The position numbers and the translations under genes were made by a program. Shown here piece by piece: positions 29,291 to 39,400 of a stretch of DNA of 48,685 nt (positions are counted from its first letter, which is position 1; every line of letters begins with the position of its first letter). Source of the stretch: a virus (taxonomy: Duplodnaviria > Heunggongvirae > Uroviricota > Caudoviricetes); the IMG/VR virus record IMGVR_UViG_2541047926_000004, positions 1-48,685 of that record; one strand, written 5' to 3'. The notes under the pieces were generated by a model. The model was not told the DNA's origin, searched no databases, and saw only the letters and a list, made by a program, of their open reading frames with translations.

Positions 29291-29689
29291 ATGAAACACC
29301 CGCAGATACGCGCCGCCGTTCTGACGGCCCTGAAACGCAGTATTACAGAGCAAATAACCTGGTTCGACGGCAGTCCGGGATTTCTGGAAGAAGAAGATCT
29401 GCCTGCTGTAGCCGTCTATCTGACAGACGCGAGAGCTTCAGAAGATAGCGTGGATGAAGATATGTGGACCGCACTGCTGCATATCGAGGTCTTTTTGAAG
29501 GCAAAAGAGACCGATTCCGCTCTGGATGCCTGGATGGAAGAAAAAGTGTACCCCGCTCTGGCTGATATCCCAGAATTGCTGCCCCTAATCGAACTGATGA
29601 ATGCAAATGGCTATGACTATCAGCGAGATGAGGAAGTGATGATGTGGGGATCAGCCGATCTCAGTTATTCAATCAGCTATGTAATGTGA
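29291..29689 (+). CDS. U: tail terminator protein U
   Basis: 132 aa resembling lambda U (MKH..RAAVL..., C-terminal GYDYQRD). Confidence 0.75.
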   Translation: MKHPQIRAAVLTALKRSITEQITWFDGSPGFLEEEDLPAVAVYLTDARASEDSVDEDMWTALLHIEVFLKAKETDSALDAWMEEKVYPALADIPELLPLIELMNANGYDYQRDEEVMMWGSADLSYSISYVM

Positions 29690-29696
29690 GGATCCT

Positions 29697-30434
29697 ATGG
29701 CCACACCAAACCCGCTGGCGCCAACAAAAGGTGCCGGTACCACTCTCTGGGTTTACACCGGAACCGGTGACCCCTATGCCAATCCGCTTTCAGACGTTGA
29801 CTGGTTGCGCCTCGCAAAGATTAAAGACCTGCAGCCCGGTGAACTGACGGCTGAATCTGAAGATGACACCTACATCGATGATGAGAATGCCGACTGGACA
29901 TCAACGATGCAGGGGCAGAAATCAGCCGGTGAAACCAACCTGACGCTCGCGTGGATGCCGGGAGATTCCGGACAGCAGGACCTGGTGAACTGGTTCGATG
30001 AGGGCACCGTGAGGGGATATAAAATCAAATACCCAAATGGTGTTGTCGATGTGTTTAAGGGCTGGGTGAGCAGCCTCGGTAAAACCATAGCGTCCAAAGA
30101 GGTCATGACCCGCACGGCCAAAATCACAAACAACGGCAAACCATCGCTGGCAGAGGACAGCGGTACCGCGCCGATTGCTGTCACGGGGATCAGTCTGGAT
30201 AAATCCACTGCAACTGTAGCGGTCGCAGCCACAACGCAACTGGTGGTTTCAGTCCTTCCGGCCAGTGCGTCAGATAAATCCTTCCGCGTAGCCAGCTCTG
30301 ATCCTTCAAAAGCAACGGTCACTGTTAACGGCAATACCCTGACTGTCACCGGCGTGGCGGCGGGCACCGTCGAAATCATCGTTATGAGCAATGACGGTAA
30401 CTTTGTGGCGATCTGCAAAGTCACTGTTTCCTGA
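29697..30434 (+). CDS. V: major tail protein V with C-terminal Ig-like domain
   Basis: 245 aa; GAGGA RBS; C-terminal Big_2-like repeat. Confidence 0.85.
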   Translation: MATPNPLAPTKGAGTTLWVYTGTGDPYANPLSDVDWLRLAKIKDLQPGELTAESEDDTYIDDENADWTSTMQGQKSAGETNLTLAWMPGDSGQQDLVNWFDEGTVRGYKIKYPNGVVDVFKGWVSSLGKTIASKEVMTRTAKITNNGKPSLAEDSGTAPIAVTGISLDKSTATVAVAATTQLVVSVLPASASDKSFRVASSDPSKATVTVNGNTLTVTGVAAGTVEIIVMSNDGNFVAICKVTVS

Positions 30435-30472
30435 TAACCGGGGCGTGAGCCCCGTTCCGACCCGGAGTAAAT

Positions 30473-30895
30473 ATGTTTCTAAAAAGCGAACTGCTGGAAA
30501 GTAACGGCAGCAGCGTCACATTGTTCCAGCTTTCGGCGCTTCAGCGTATTGAATACCTCGAATACCTGAAGCAGCTGGAAGCAGTTGAAGCTGGCGATTT
30601 CCAGGCGGCCATCACCCTCACCGTAAAAAGTGGGGCGTTCCTCGTGGCGATGTCGCTCTGGCACGGCCACGAACTGAAAGGCTCCCAGGGAGAAAATGCG
30701 GCGGCGGAAGTGGCAAAGATTCAGGATGAGGTCATGCAGTCATGGCCGACCGAACTGGTTGCCGAAGCGGAATATAAGGTGAAGCTCCTGTCCGGGATGA
30801 TTGCGCCGGTAACTGATGACCAGGCAGCATCCGCCGAAGAAGGTTATAAACCCGCTGAACCCGTTACTGCGGAAAAGCCCTCGCCAGTGAGCTGA
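30473..30895 (+). CDS. G: tail assembly chaperone G
   Basis: 140 aa resembling lambda G (MFLK..., C-terminal PAEPV). Confidence 0.85.
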   Translation: MFLKSELLESNGSSVTLFQLSALQRIEYLEYLKQLEAVEAGDFQAAITLTVKSGAFLVAMSLWHGHELKGSQGENAAAEVAKIQDEVMQSWPTELVAEAEYKVKLLSGMIAPVTDDQAASAEEGYKPAEPVTAEKPSPVS

Positions 30896-30903
30896 AATTT
30901 GCC

Positions 30904-31224
30904 ATGAAACTGGCGCGTGAGTTCGGTCGCCCGGACTGGCGTGCCATGCTTGCTGGCATGTCCTCAACGGAGTACGGCGACTGGAAAATCTTCTATCAGG
31001 ACAATTACTTTCATGATGCGCAGCTGGACGCACACTTCTCCGGCTTGCTCTACACCATCTCAACCCTGTTTTTTGCCGATCCGGAGTTAACCCCGGACAG
31101 TTTCAGCATTCTTAATACTACACCGGAACCCATCGACATTGATGAACCGGATGACAATACGCTGATGGCGAAGGCTGCAGGTATTTCAGGAGGCGTGCGC
31201 TATGGCCCAGACGGCAGTCGGTGA
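30904..31224 (+). CDS. T: T portion of G-T frameshift product
   Basis: ORF in the -1 frame relative to G, open from 30859; candidate slip site GGAAAAG at 30871..30877. Confidence 0.65.
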   Translation: MKLAREFGRPDWRAMLAGMSSTEYGDWKIFYQDNYFHDAQLDAHFSGLLYTISTLFFADPELTPDSFSILNTTPEPIDIDEPDDNTLMAKAAGISGGVRYGPDGSR

Positions 31225-33718
31225 TCTGGTCGTTAACCTTGACGTTAACTCGTCGAAATTCAGCGAGCAGCTTAACTACGTCAAAAAAGAATTAAAACAG
31301 ACCGGCAGTGCGGCAAACGACGAAGCGTTACGTATCCAGCAGTCCTTCAGCCGCCAGGAGAACGCCGCGCGCAAAGCGGGTATTTCTGTGGGTCAGTATA
31401 ACGCAGCAATGCGTATGCTCCCGGCACAGTTTACCGATGTGGCCACGCAGCTGGCGGGTGGGCAGAACCCCTGGCTGATTCTGCTTCAGCAGGGCGGTCA
31501 GGTTAAGGACTCCTTTGGCGGGATCATTCCGACATTCCGGGCGTTGCTGGGGACGATTTCCCCGTTGATGGTCGGCATTGGTGCATTGTCCGTTGCAACG
31601 GGCGCGTTGTTCTATGCCTGGTACCAGGGCTCTTCCACTCTGTCTGATTTCAACAAAACGCTGGTACTGTCGGGGAACACAGCCGGACTGACCGCTGACC
31701 GCATGCTGGCACTGGCGCGTAACGGACAGGCAGCGGGGCTGACCTTCAACCAGACCAGTGAAGCGCTGACCGAACTTATCAACGCGGGGGTGGGCGCGGG
31801 TTCGCGCTTTGATGAAATGAGCCAGGCGGTGGCGCGATTTACTGATGCCTCCGGCGTGCCGGTGGAGAAAGTCGCAGCCGCATACGGCAAGCTCACTACT
31901 GACCCTACATCGGGCCTGATCGCGATGGCTCAGCAGTTCCATAACGTTACGGCCGAACAGATTGCCCATGTGGCGCAGCTGCAGCGTGCCGGTGATGAGG
32001 CTGGCGCACTGCAGGCGGCTAATCAGGCTGCTACTGCCGGATTCAACGATCAGACCAAGGCCATCCGCGACAATATGGGGACGATTGAGTCTTCAGCGGA
32101 TTCCCTGAAGCGTGCCTTTAAGTCGATGTGGGATGCAGCACTTGATATTGGCAGACCTGACACCGCCCAGGAGATGGTGGCAAAAGCCCAGGCCGCGTTT
32201 AAAAAGGCTGATGAAATCTGGAATCTGCGTAAAGGTGATCGTTATGTGAATGACGAGGCCCGCGCCCGGTTCTGGAATGACCGTGAAACGGCCAGACTGG
32301 CGCTGGATATGGCGCAGCAGCAGGCGGGCATTGCCAGAGCGAATGAAGAGAATGCCTCCCGTGAAGCGGTCGCAGAGTCCGAACGTCAGAAATATGCCGC
32401 GCAGGCTCAGGCCAACTATGCCAAAACCCAGACCGCCCTTGAGAAATACACGGCCAGGCAGAGCGAGCTCAATAAGGCTCTGAAAGAGGGGCGGATCCTC
32501 CAGGCTGACTACAACATCAACCTGGCCGCCGCGAAAAAAGAGTACGAAGACACCCTTAAAAAGCCGAAGAAGACCCCGGCAATCAGAACCCCCGCAGGTG
32601 CCCGTGCAACCGATACGGCCAGCGCCCAGACGCTGGAGCTGCAGGCACAGTTGCGCACCCTGCAGGAGCATAAGGGGATAAATGACACCATTAGTCAGCA
32701 GCGTCAGGAGCTGTGGCGTCAACAGTCCCGGTTTACAGTTCTGGAAGAAGCCGCGAAGACCCGGACGCTTTCTGCTGAGGAAAAATCCCTGCTGGCCAGT
32801 AAAAGCGAGGTGCTTTCCCGTGCAGAGCTGAACGCGAAGCTTGGCGATCAGATAGTGGCGCAGGAGCGGCTTAACCGCCTGCAGGATACGTCCCAAAAAT
32901 ACGTCACGCAGATCGGCGAGAAAACCCGAGCCCTGGCGGAAAGTGCTGGTATGAGCAGTCGTGCAGCACAACGCCGCAACGAGGAGGCCCAGCTTCTTCA
33001 GGGGTGGAAAAATGGTGGCGGTTCGGAGAACGACGCTGGTTATCAGAATGAGTTGCAGGCGCTGCAGGCGTATTACGCCGAGCAGGATAAGCTGCGGGAC
33101 GACTGGCAATCCGGGGCCAAATCCGCATGGGCAGATTATGTTGATTCTGCTTCAGATGCTTATGGCCAGATGAAGTCGGCTGCTACCAGTACGTTTGATG
33201 GAATCGGGCAAAATATGGCTGACATGCTGACGCGCGGTAAGGCTGACTGGGCTGACTTCACCCGCTCCACGCTCTCCATGCTGACACAGATCCTGCTGAA
33301 ACAGGCGATGGTAGGCCTGGTGGATTCAGCATCAACCGCGCTGGGATTTGCAGGTGGCGGTTATACCGGTTCAGGCGGGAAATATGAGCCAGCAGGTGTC
33401 GTTCACCGTGGTGAGTTTGTTTTCACCAAAGAGGCTACCAGCCGGATCGGCGTCGGCAATCTTTACCGGATGATGAAAGGCTATGCAACGGGAGGGTATG
33501 TCGGGGGCGGTGGTACAGGCCCGGCTGCAGCACCTTTCGGTGTCAGTGTATATGCCCCGGTGACGGTCGAGAATGCTTCCGGTAACGCACAGCAGCAAAA
33601 CGACGGAGACAGGCTGGGTAAGGCGTATCAGCAGGTGATTAACAAATCTGTCAACGATGGTATCGCCAGGGCAATCCAGCCCGGTGGGCTTATCTGGAAT
33701 GCGACCAATCGCAGGTAA
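31202..33718 (+). CDS. H: tape measure protein H
   Basis: 838 aa, coiled-coil rich, lambda H-like. Confidence 0.9.
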   Translation: MAQTAVGDLVVNLDVNSSKFSEQLNYVKKELKQTGSAANDEALRIQQSFSRQENAARKAGISVGQYNAAMRMLPAQFTDVATQLAGGQNPWLILLQQGGQVKDSFGGIIPTFRALLGTISPLMVGIGALSVATGALFYAWYQGSSTLSDFNKTLVLSGNTAGLTADRMLALARNGQAAGLTFNQTSEALTELINAGVGAGSRFDEMSQAVARFTDASGVPVEKVAAAYGKLTTDPTSGLIAMAQQFHNVTAEQIAHVAQLQRAGDEAGALQAANQAATAGFNDQTKAIRDNMGTIESSADSLKRAFKSMWDAALDIGRPDTAQEMVAKAQAAFKKADEIWNLRKGDRYVNDEARARFWNDRETARLALDMAQQQAGIARANEENASREAVAESERQKYAAQAQANYAKTQTALEKYTARQSELNKALKEGRILQADYNINLAAAKKEYEDTLKKPKKTPAIRTPAGARATDTASAQTLELQAQLRTLQEHKGINDTISQQRQELWRQQSRFTVLEEAAKTRTLSAEEKSLLASKSEVLSRAELNAKLGDQIVAQERLNRLQDTSQKYVTQIGEKTRALAESAGMSSRAAQRRNEEAQLLQGWKNGGGSENDAGYQNELQALQAYYAEQDKLRDDWQSGAKSAWADYVDSASDAYGQMKSAATSTFDGIGQNMADMLTRGKADWADFTRSTLSMLTQILLKQAMVGLVDSASTALGFAGGGYTGSGGKYEPAGVVHRGEFVFTKEATSRIGVGNLYRMMKGYATGGYVGGGGTGPAAAPFGVSVYAPVTVENASGNAQQQNDGDRLGKAYQQVINKSVNDGIARAIQPGGLIWNATNRR

Positions 33719-33723
33719 CAGTT

Positions 33724-34071
33724 ATGACGATAGAAACATTCCCCTGGGGCATTAAGGTCTCCAGCCAGCCCACAGAGGGAAGCAAAGACACAGTCAGGAA
33801 GGTCCAGTTCGGCGACGGGTACGCACAGGTGAGCGGCTCCGGCCTGAATGATGAGATTCGTACCTATGAGTTTTCCTTTTCCGGTGATCCGACTACAGCG
33901 AATGAAATTCATGCCTTCCTTCGGCGGCATAAAGTGAAGTCGTTTATTTTCACTCCGCCTTTCGGCGATACCGCTCTGTGGCGTGTCGAGGCTGACACGC
34001 TCAAAAAGGTGGTTAAAAACGTAAAAGTGATAACCGTAACCGCAACGTTTGAACAGGCATTTGCACCATGA
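33724..34071 (+). CDS. M: minor tail protein M
   Basis: 115 aa matching lambda M. Confidence 0.9.
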   Translation: MTIETFPWGIKVSSQPTEGSKDTVRKVQFGDGYAQVSGSGLNDEIRTYEFSFSGDPTTANEIHAFLRRHKVKSFIFTPPFGDTALWRVEADTLKKVVKNVKVITVTATFEQAFAP

Positions 34072-34823
34072 GTCTTAATGCTGATTATCAAAAACTCGAG
34101 CCGGGCAATGAAGTCCGGCTTTTTTCTGTCGATGGCACAGCGTTCGGTATGTCAGATGTACTCCGCTTTCACGCACATAACATCGCGCATACCCCGGAAG
34201 AGATTGAGGCTGCAGGCGGGGATGAGAATAAACTTCCGGCGAAGTCCATCTGGTGGCAGGGGGAGGAGTATAAAGCCTGGCCGTGTCAGGTTGAGGGTAT
34301 TGAAGCGACCACGGACGGTACCAGCCCACAGCCAAAACTGAGTGTGGCGAACCTGGACAGCTCGATCTCAGCGCTCTGTCTGGCGTATGACGATCTGCTG
34401 CAGGCGAAAGTGAGTATCCACGACACGCTGGCACAGTATCTGGACGCCAGAAATTTTCCGCAGGGCAATCCCACCGCAGACCCGTCACAGGAAAAGCTGA
34501 AGGTCTTTTATATCGATGCCAGAAGCACCGAGACGGATGAAGTTGTCGAATTTACGCTTTCCAGTCCGATGGATTTACAGGGCCAGATGATTCCGACGCG
34601 GCAGCTGCATTCGTTATGCAGCTGGTGCATCCGGAACAAGTACCGGACCGGCGACGGCTGCGACTATGCCGGAACGCGCTATTTCGACAAAAACAATAAT
34701 CCGGTTGACGATCCCTCGCTGGATGTCTGCAACGGCACGCTGACGGCCTGCAAGCTCCGGCACGGAGACAACAACGAGCTGCCGTTCGGCGGTTTCCCGG
34801 GTACATCTCTTATCAGGAGCTGA
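34068..34823 (+). CDS. L: minor tail protein L
   Basis: 251 aa matching lambda L, including C-terminal Cys cluster. Confidence 0.9.
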   Translation: MSLNADYQKLEPGNEVRLFSVDGTAFGMSDVLRFHAHNIAHTPEEIEAAGGDENKLPAKSIWWQGEEYKAWPCQVEGIEATTDGTSPQPKLSVANLDSSISALCLAYDDLLQAKVSIHDTLAQYLDARNFPQGNPTADPSQEKLKVFYIDARSTETDEVVEFTLSSPMDLQGQMIPTRQLHSLCSWCIRNKYRTGDGCDYAGTRYFDKNNNPVDDPSLDVCNGTLTACKLRHGDNNELPFGGFPGTSLIRS

Positions 34824-34824
34824 T

Positions 34825-35556
34825 ATGCGCCAGAAAACCATTGATGCCATCATGGCACACGCTGCAGCGGAATATCCGCGCGAGTGCTGCGGCGTGGTGG
34901 CACAGAAAAGCCGGGTTGAGCGCTATTTTCCCTGTCGTAATCTCGCAGCAGAGCCGACTGAACATTTTCACCTGTCCCCCGAAGATTACGCAGCGGCAGA
35001 AGACTGGGGTACGGTGATCGCCATCGTTCACAGCCACCCTGACGCCACTACGCAGCCGAGCGAACTGGATAAAGCGCAATGCGACGCAACGCTTTTACCC
35101 TGGCATATCGTGAGCTGGCCCGAGGGGGATTTACGTACCATTCAGCCGCGTGGTGAGTTGCCACTGCTGGAGCGTCCGTTTGTGCTTGGACACTTCGACT
35201 GCTGGGGGCTGGTAATGAGCTATTTCCGGCAGACCCACGGTATCGAGCTCCACGATTACCGGGTTGATTATCCCTGGTGGGAAAACGACTACCCGGACAA
35301 TTTCTATCAGGATTGCTGGTATGAATGCGGATTCAGGGAGTTTGACGGCCCGCCTCAGGAAGGGGACCTCGTCATCATGCAGGTGCAGGCGGATAAGTGG
35401 AATCATGCCGGGATTTTACTGGAGGGTAACATGCTGCTGCACCATCTTTACGGGCATCTGAGCCAGCGAGTTCCTTATGGCGGATACTGGCAGGAGCGCA
35501 CGATGAAGATCGTTCGCTATAAAGATGTAATGGCAGGTGAAACATGCAGGAAGTAA
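34825..35556 (+). CDS. K: tail assembly protein K
   Basis: 243 aa with JAB/MPN HSHP motif and NlpC/P60-like Cys/His region, as in lambda K. Confidence 0.9.
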   Translation: MRQKTIDAIMAHAAAEYPRECCGVVAQKSRVERYFPCRNLAAEPTEHFHLSPEDYAAAEDWGTVIAIVHSHPDATTQPSELDKAQCDATLLPWHIVSWPEGDLRTIQPRGELPLLERPFVLGHFDCWGLVMSYFRQTHGIELHDYRVDYPWWENDYPDNFYQDCWYECGFREFDGPPQEGDLVIMQVQADKWNHAGILLEGNMLLHHLYGHLSQRVPYGGYWQERTMKIVRYKDVMAGETCRK

Positions 35557-36131
35557 TGACCCGCATTGAGCTTGGCGGCGTGCTCGGGAAATCATTCGGT
35601 AAAATTCACCACCGCCTGATTTCCCGTGTAAGCGAGGCGGGAGTGGCGCTCGCAAAGACTATTCCGGGCTTTGAGCAGTTTATGATTTCCAGCCAGCGCC
35701 GTGGGATCACATACTCCGTATTTAAGGGTAAAAAAAACATCGGTGTGGATGACCTCGGTTTCCCGGTTACCGGCGATGTTATCCGCATTGTCCCGGTAAT
35801 CATCGGGAGTAAAAAAGCCGGTTTGATTCAAACTATCCTGGGCGCAGTATTAGTGATTGCATCGATCTGGATGCCAGGTCTGAGTATAGCTGCCAGCAAT
35901 ATGATGTTTGCTGCTGGTGCGTCCATAACGCTTGGGGGTGTAGTTCAGATGTTATCCCCCCAGGCTACAGGGCTGGCCAGCAAACAGAGCTCAGATAACC
36001 GCGCCTCATACGCGTTCGGCGGAGTCACAAACACCGCAGCGCAGGGCTATCCGGTACCGCTTCTTTATGGTCGCCGACGCATAGGCGGCGCAATTATTTC
36101 AGCCGGGATTTACGTTGGGGATCAACAATGA
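35544..36131 (+). CDS. I: tail assembly protein I
   Basis: 195 aa matching lambda I. Confidence 0.85.
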   Translation: MQEVMTRIELGGVLGKSFGKIHHRLISRVSEAGVALAKTIPGFEQFMISSQRRGITYSVFKGKKNIGVDDLGFPVTGDVIRIVPVIIGSKKAGLIQTILGAVLVIASIWMPGLSIAASNMMFAAGASITLGGVVQMLSPQATGLASKQSSDNRASYAFGGVTNTAAQGYPVPLLYGRRRIGGAIISAGIYVGDQQ

Positions 36132-36394
36132 AGAAATACTTAAGATTGACCATTTCAGGCCTGCATCGCGTTGATGACGGAATCCTGATCGGCGGAAATG
36201 CGACAGTAATAGTAAACCGTGGCGGAGAGGTTATTTGTCGCGAGAAGTTTTCTGGCAAAGTTTCTGATAAATATTCAAAGCTATATGAAGTTGAAGACAC
36301 CGGTATTCCAGTATCAGTAACGTCTTCCAGTGATTGTCAGTTTTTCAAGGCAGAAGCTGATTTTGTAAACCCATTTAGCGAAACAAATATCTGA
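36128..36394 (+). CDS. hypothetical protein between I and J
   Basis: 88 aa; ATGA overlap with I stop; AT-rich; followed by a strong terminator; no lambda counterpart. Confidence 0.4.
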   Translation: MKKYLRLTISGLHRVDDGILIGGNATVIVNRGGEVICREKFSGKVSDKYSKLYEVEDTGIPVSVTSSSDCQFFKAEADFVNPFSETNI

Positions 36395-36412
36395 TTAATT
36401 TTCTCTTGCAAT

Positions 36413-36437
36413 AAGCCACCTCAGGGTGGCTTTTTTT
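36413..36437 (+). terminator. rho-independent terminator
   Basis: Perfect 8-bp stem AAGCCACC/GGTGGCTT, loop TCAG, then TTTTTTT. Confidence 0.5.
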
Positions 36438-36448
36438 ATGGGCGCAAT

Positions 36449-39400
36449 ATGGCTATATCTACTCCGATTAGAGGCCGCAAGGGCGGCAGCTCAAGTTCCC
36501 GCACCCCGACTGAACAACCAGACGATCTCCAGTCCGTAGCGAAGGCCAAAATTCTTGTTGCGCTGGGAGAGGGGGAATTTGCAGGACAGTTGACGGCGAA
36601 GGATATCTATCTCGATGGAACTCCACTGGAGAATGCGGACGGATCGCAAAACTTCAGCGGCGTGGCGTGGGAATTTCGCCCAGGGACTCAGGCACAAAAA
36701 TACATTCAGGGTATCCCCGGTACCGAAAATGAAATCAGCGTGGGCACCGAAGTGTCAAGCACCACCGGCTGGACACATACCTTTACCAACACGCAACTGT
36801 CAGCCGTTCGCCTGCGCCTCAAGTGGCCATCGCTTTTTAAACAGGAGGATGATGGCGATCTGGTTGGCTATTCAATTAACTACGCTATTGATCTGCAGAC
36901 CGATGGCGGCACCTGGCAGACGGTACTTAATACCAGCGTAACCGGCAAGACAACTTCCGGCTACGAACGCAGCCATCGTATCGATTTACCACAGGCAGGC
37001 AGTACATGGACGGTGCGCCTGCGTAAGCTCACGGCGGATGCCAACAGCGCGAAAATTGGCGACACGATGACGCTGCAGAGCTACACAGAGGTCATTGACG
37101 CCAAACTGCGTTATCCAAACACCGCGCTGCTGTACATCGAATTCGACTCAAGCCAGTTTAACGGCTCTATCCCGCAAATATCCTGCGAACCGCGAGGGCG
37201 TGTAATCCGCGTTCCGGATACGTATGACCCGGAGACCCGCACCTACATCGGCACATGGACAGGGGCGTTTAAGTGGGCGTGGACGGATAATCCAGCCTGG
37301 ATTTTTTACGATCTGGTGGTGAGCGACCGCTTTGGGCTGGGCAATCGCCTGACGGCGGCCAATATTGATAAATGGACGCTTTATCAGGTCGCGCAATATT
37401 GCGATCAGCCGGTTCCTGATGGTAAAGGCGGTAGCGGCACTGAGCCTCGCTATACCTGTAACGTGTACGTGCAGGAGAGGAATGACGCCTATACCGTGTT
37501 ACGTGATTTTGCGGCGATATTCCGGGGCATGACGTACTGGGGTGGCGATCAAATCGTTGCGCTGGCGGATATGCCCCGCGATGTGGATTACAGCTACACG
37601 CGTGCAAACGTGGTTAATGGGCGCTTTACCTATTCGGGCAGCACCACGAAAACCCGCTATACCACGGCACTGGTTTCCTGGTCCGATCCGGGTAATGCCT
37701 ACGCGGATGCGATGGAGCCGGTTTTTGAACAGGAGCTCGTTGCTCGCTTCGGCACAAACCAGCTCGAAATGACAGCCATTGGTTGTACCCGGCAGTCAGA
37801 GGCAAACCGTAAGGGGCGCTGGGGTATCCTGACCAATAACAAGGATCGCATCGTGTCGTTCGATGTTGGTCTTGACGGCAAGATCCCACAGCCTGGTTAT
37901 ATCATCGCGGTTGCCGATGAGCTGCTTTCCGGAAAGGTTATGGGCGGCCGCATCAGCGCCGTTAACGGTCGCGTTATCAAACTTGACCGCGTAGCTGATG
38001 CAGCACCAGGTGATCGCCTTATTCTCAACCTGCCTTCCGGAGCGTCGCAGAGCAGGACCATTCAGGCCGTGAACGGGGAATCAGTCACAGTCACCACGGC
38101 ATACAGTGAGACGCCACAGGCCGAAGCTGTTTGGGTGGTTGAATCTGACGAGCTTTACGCGCAGCAGTATCGTGTTGTCAGCGTCTCCGACAACGGTGAT
38201 GGCACTTTCTCAATCACCGGCGCATGGCACGACCCGGATAAATATGCCCGCATCGATACCGGAGCCATCATTGACCAGCGGCCGGTGAGCGTGATCCCGC
38301 CTGGTAACCAGTCGCCGCCTGCGAACATCGTGATCAGCTCGTTTTCCGTGGTGCAGCAAAATATCAGCGTCGAAACGATGCGCGTGAGCTGGGACCAGGC
38401 GCAGAACGCTATCGCCTATGAAGCGCAATGGCGCCGCAACGACGGGAACTGGGTTAACGTGCCGCGCACCTCCACCACGTCATTCGACGTCCCGGGGATT
38501 TATGCCGGGCGCTACCTGGTGCGGGTGCGCGCAATCAATGCCGCAGAAATTTCATCCGGATGGGGCTATTCAGAAGAGAAAACGCTGACGGGTAAAGTGG
38601 GCAATCCACCGAAGCCGGTTGGCTTCATCGCTTCTGAAAATGTGGTTTTCGGCATCGAGCTGAACTGGGGATTCCCGGCGAATACCGACGACACGCTGAA
38701 GACGGAAATTCAGTACAGCCTGACCGGTACTGATGGTGATGCGATATTGCTGGCCGATGTGCCATACCCACAGCGTAAATATCAGCAGATGGGATTAAAG
38801 GCGGGGCAGATATTCTGGTACCGCGCGCAGCTGGTTGACCGAACCGGTAACGAGTCCGGTTATACCGGCTGGGTTCGTGGTCAGGCCAGTATCGATGTTT
38901 CTGATATCACCGATGTGATCCTGGAGGACATCAAAGGGTCTGAGACGTTCAAGGACCTGATCGAGAATGCCGTTGATACCAACGAAAAAATTGCTGGTAT
39001 GGCTGATGATATCAAACAGGCTAACGATGAACTTGAGCTCCAGGCGCAGGAAATCGCAAAAAACGCGCAGGATATTGGGCAGGTTCAGACCAGTGTTAAT
39101 GAGCTTTCGAGCACGGTCGGTGATGTGTCGTCTTCTCTCTCAGAGCTTGAGCAGACTGTTGCGACTGCTGATACCGCACTGGGCCAGCGAATAGACAGCA
39201 TCAGCGTGTCTATGGACGGCATGACGGGCGGGGTGAAGAACTCTGCTATCGCAATTATTCAGGGCAACCTGGCGCAGGTAGCCGCGCGTAAAACGTTGTC
39301 TGCATCTGTAGCAGGGAACAGCGCTCAGCTGGACCGTCTCGACGAGGTGATCGTCAGTGAGAAGGAAGCCACAGCACGTTCATTGCTGAGCCTGCAGACG

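Larger units (their letters stand above)
27391..29294 (+). pseudogene. Z: tail gene Z interrupted by IS186
   Basis: N-terminal 80 codons (27391..27631) and C-terminal part (28971..29294) rejoin in frame once the IS and one duplication copy are removed; product resembles lambda Z. Confidence 0.7.

Noticed and set aside
32093-33109. 338-aa minus-strand ORF
   Set aside because: Lies entirely antisense within the tape measure gene; typical GC-rich antisense frame; composition is Leu/Arg/Gly-rich low complexity
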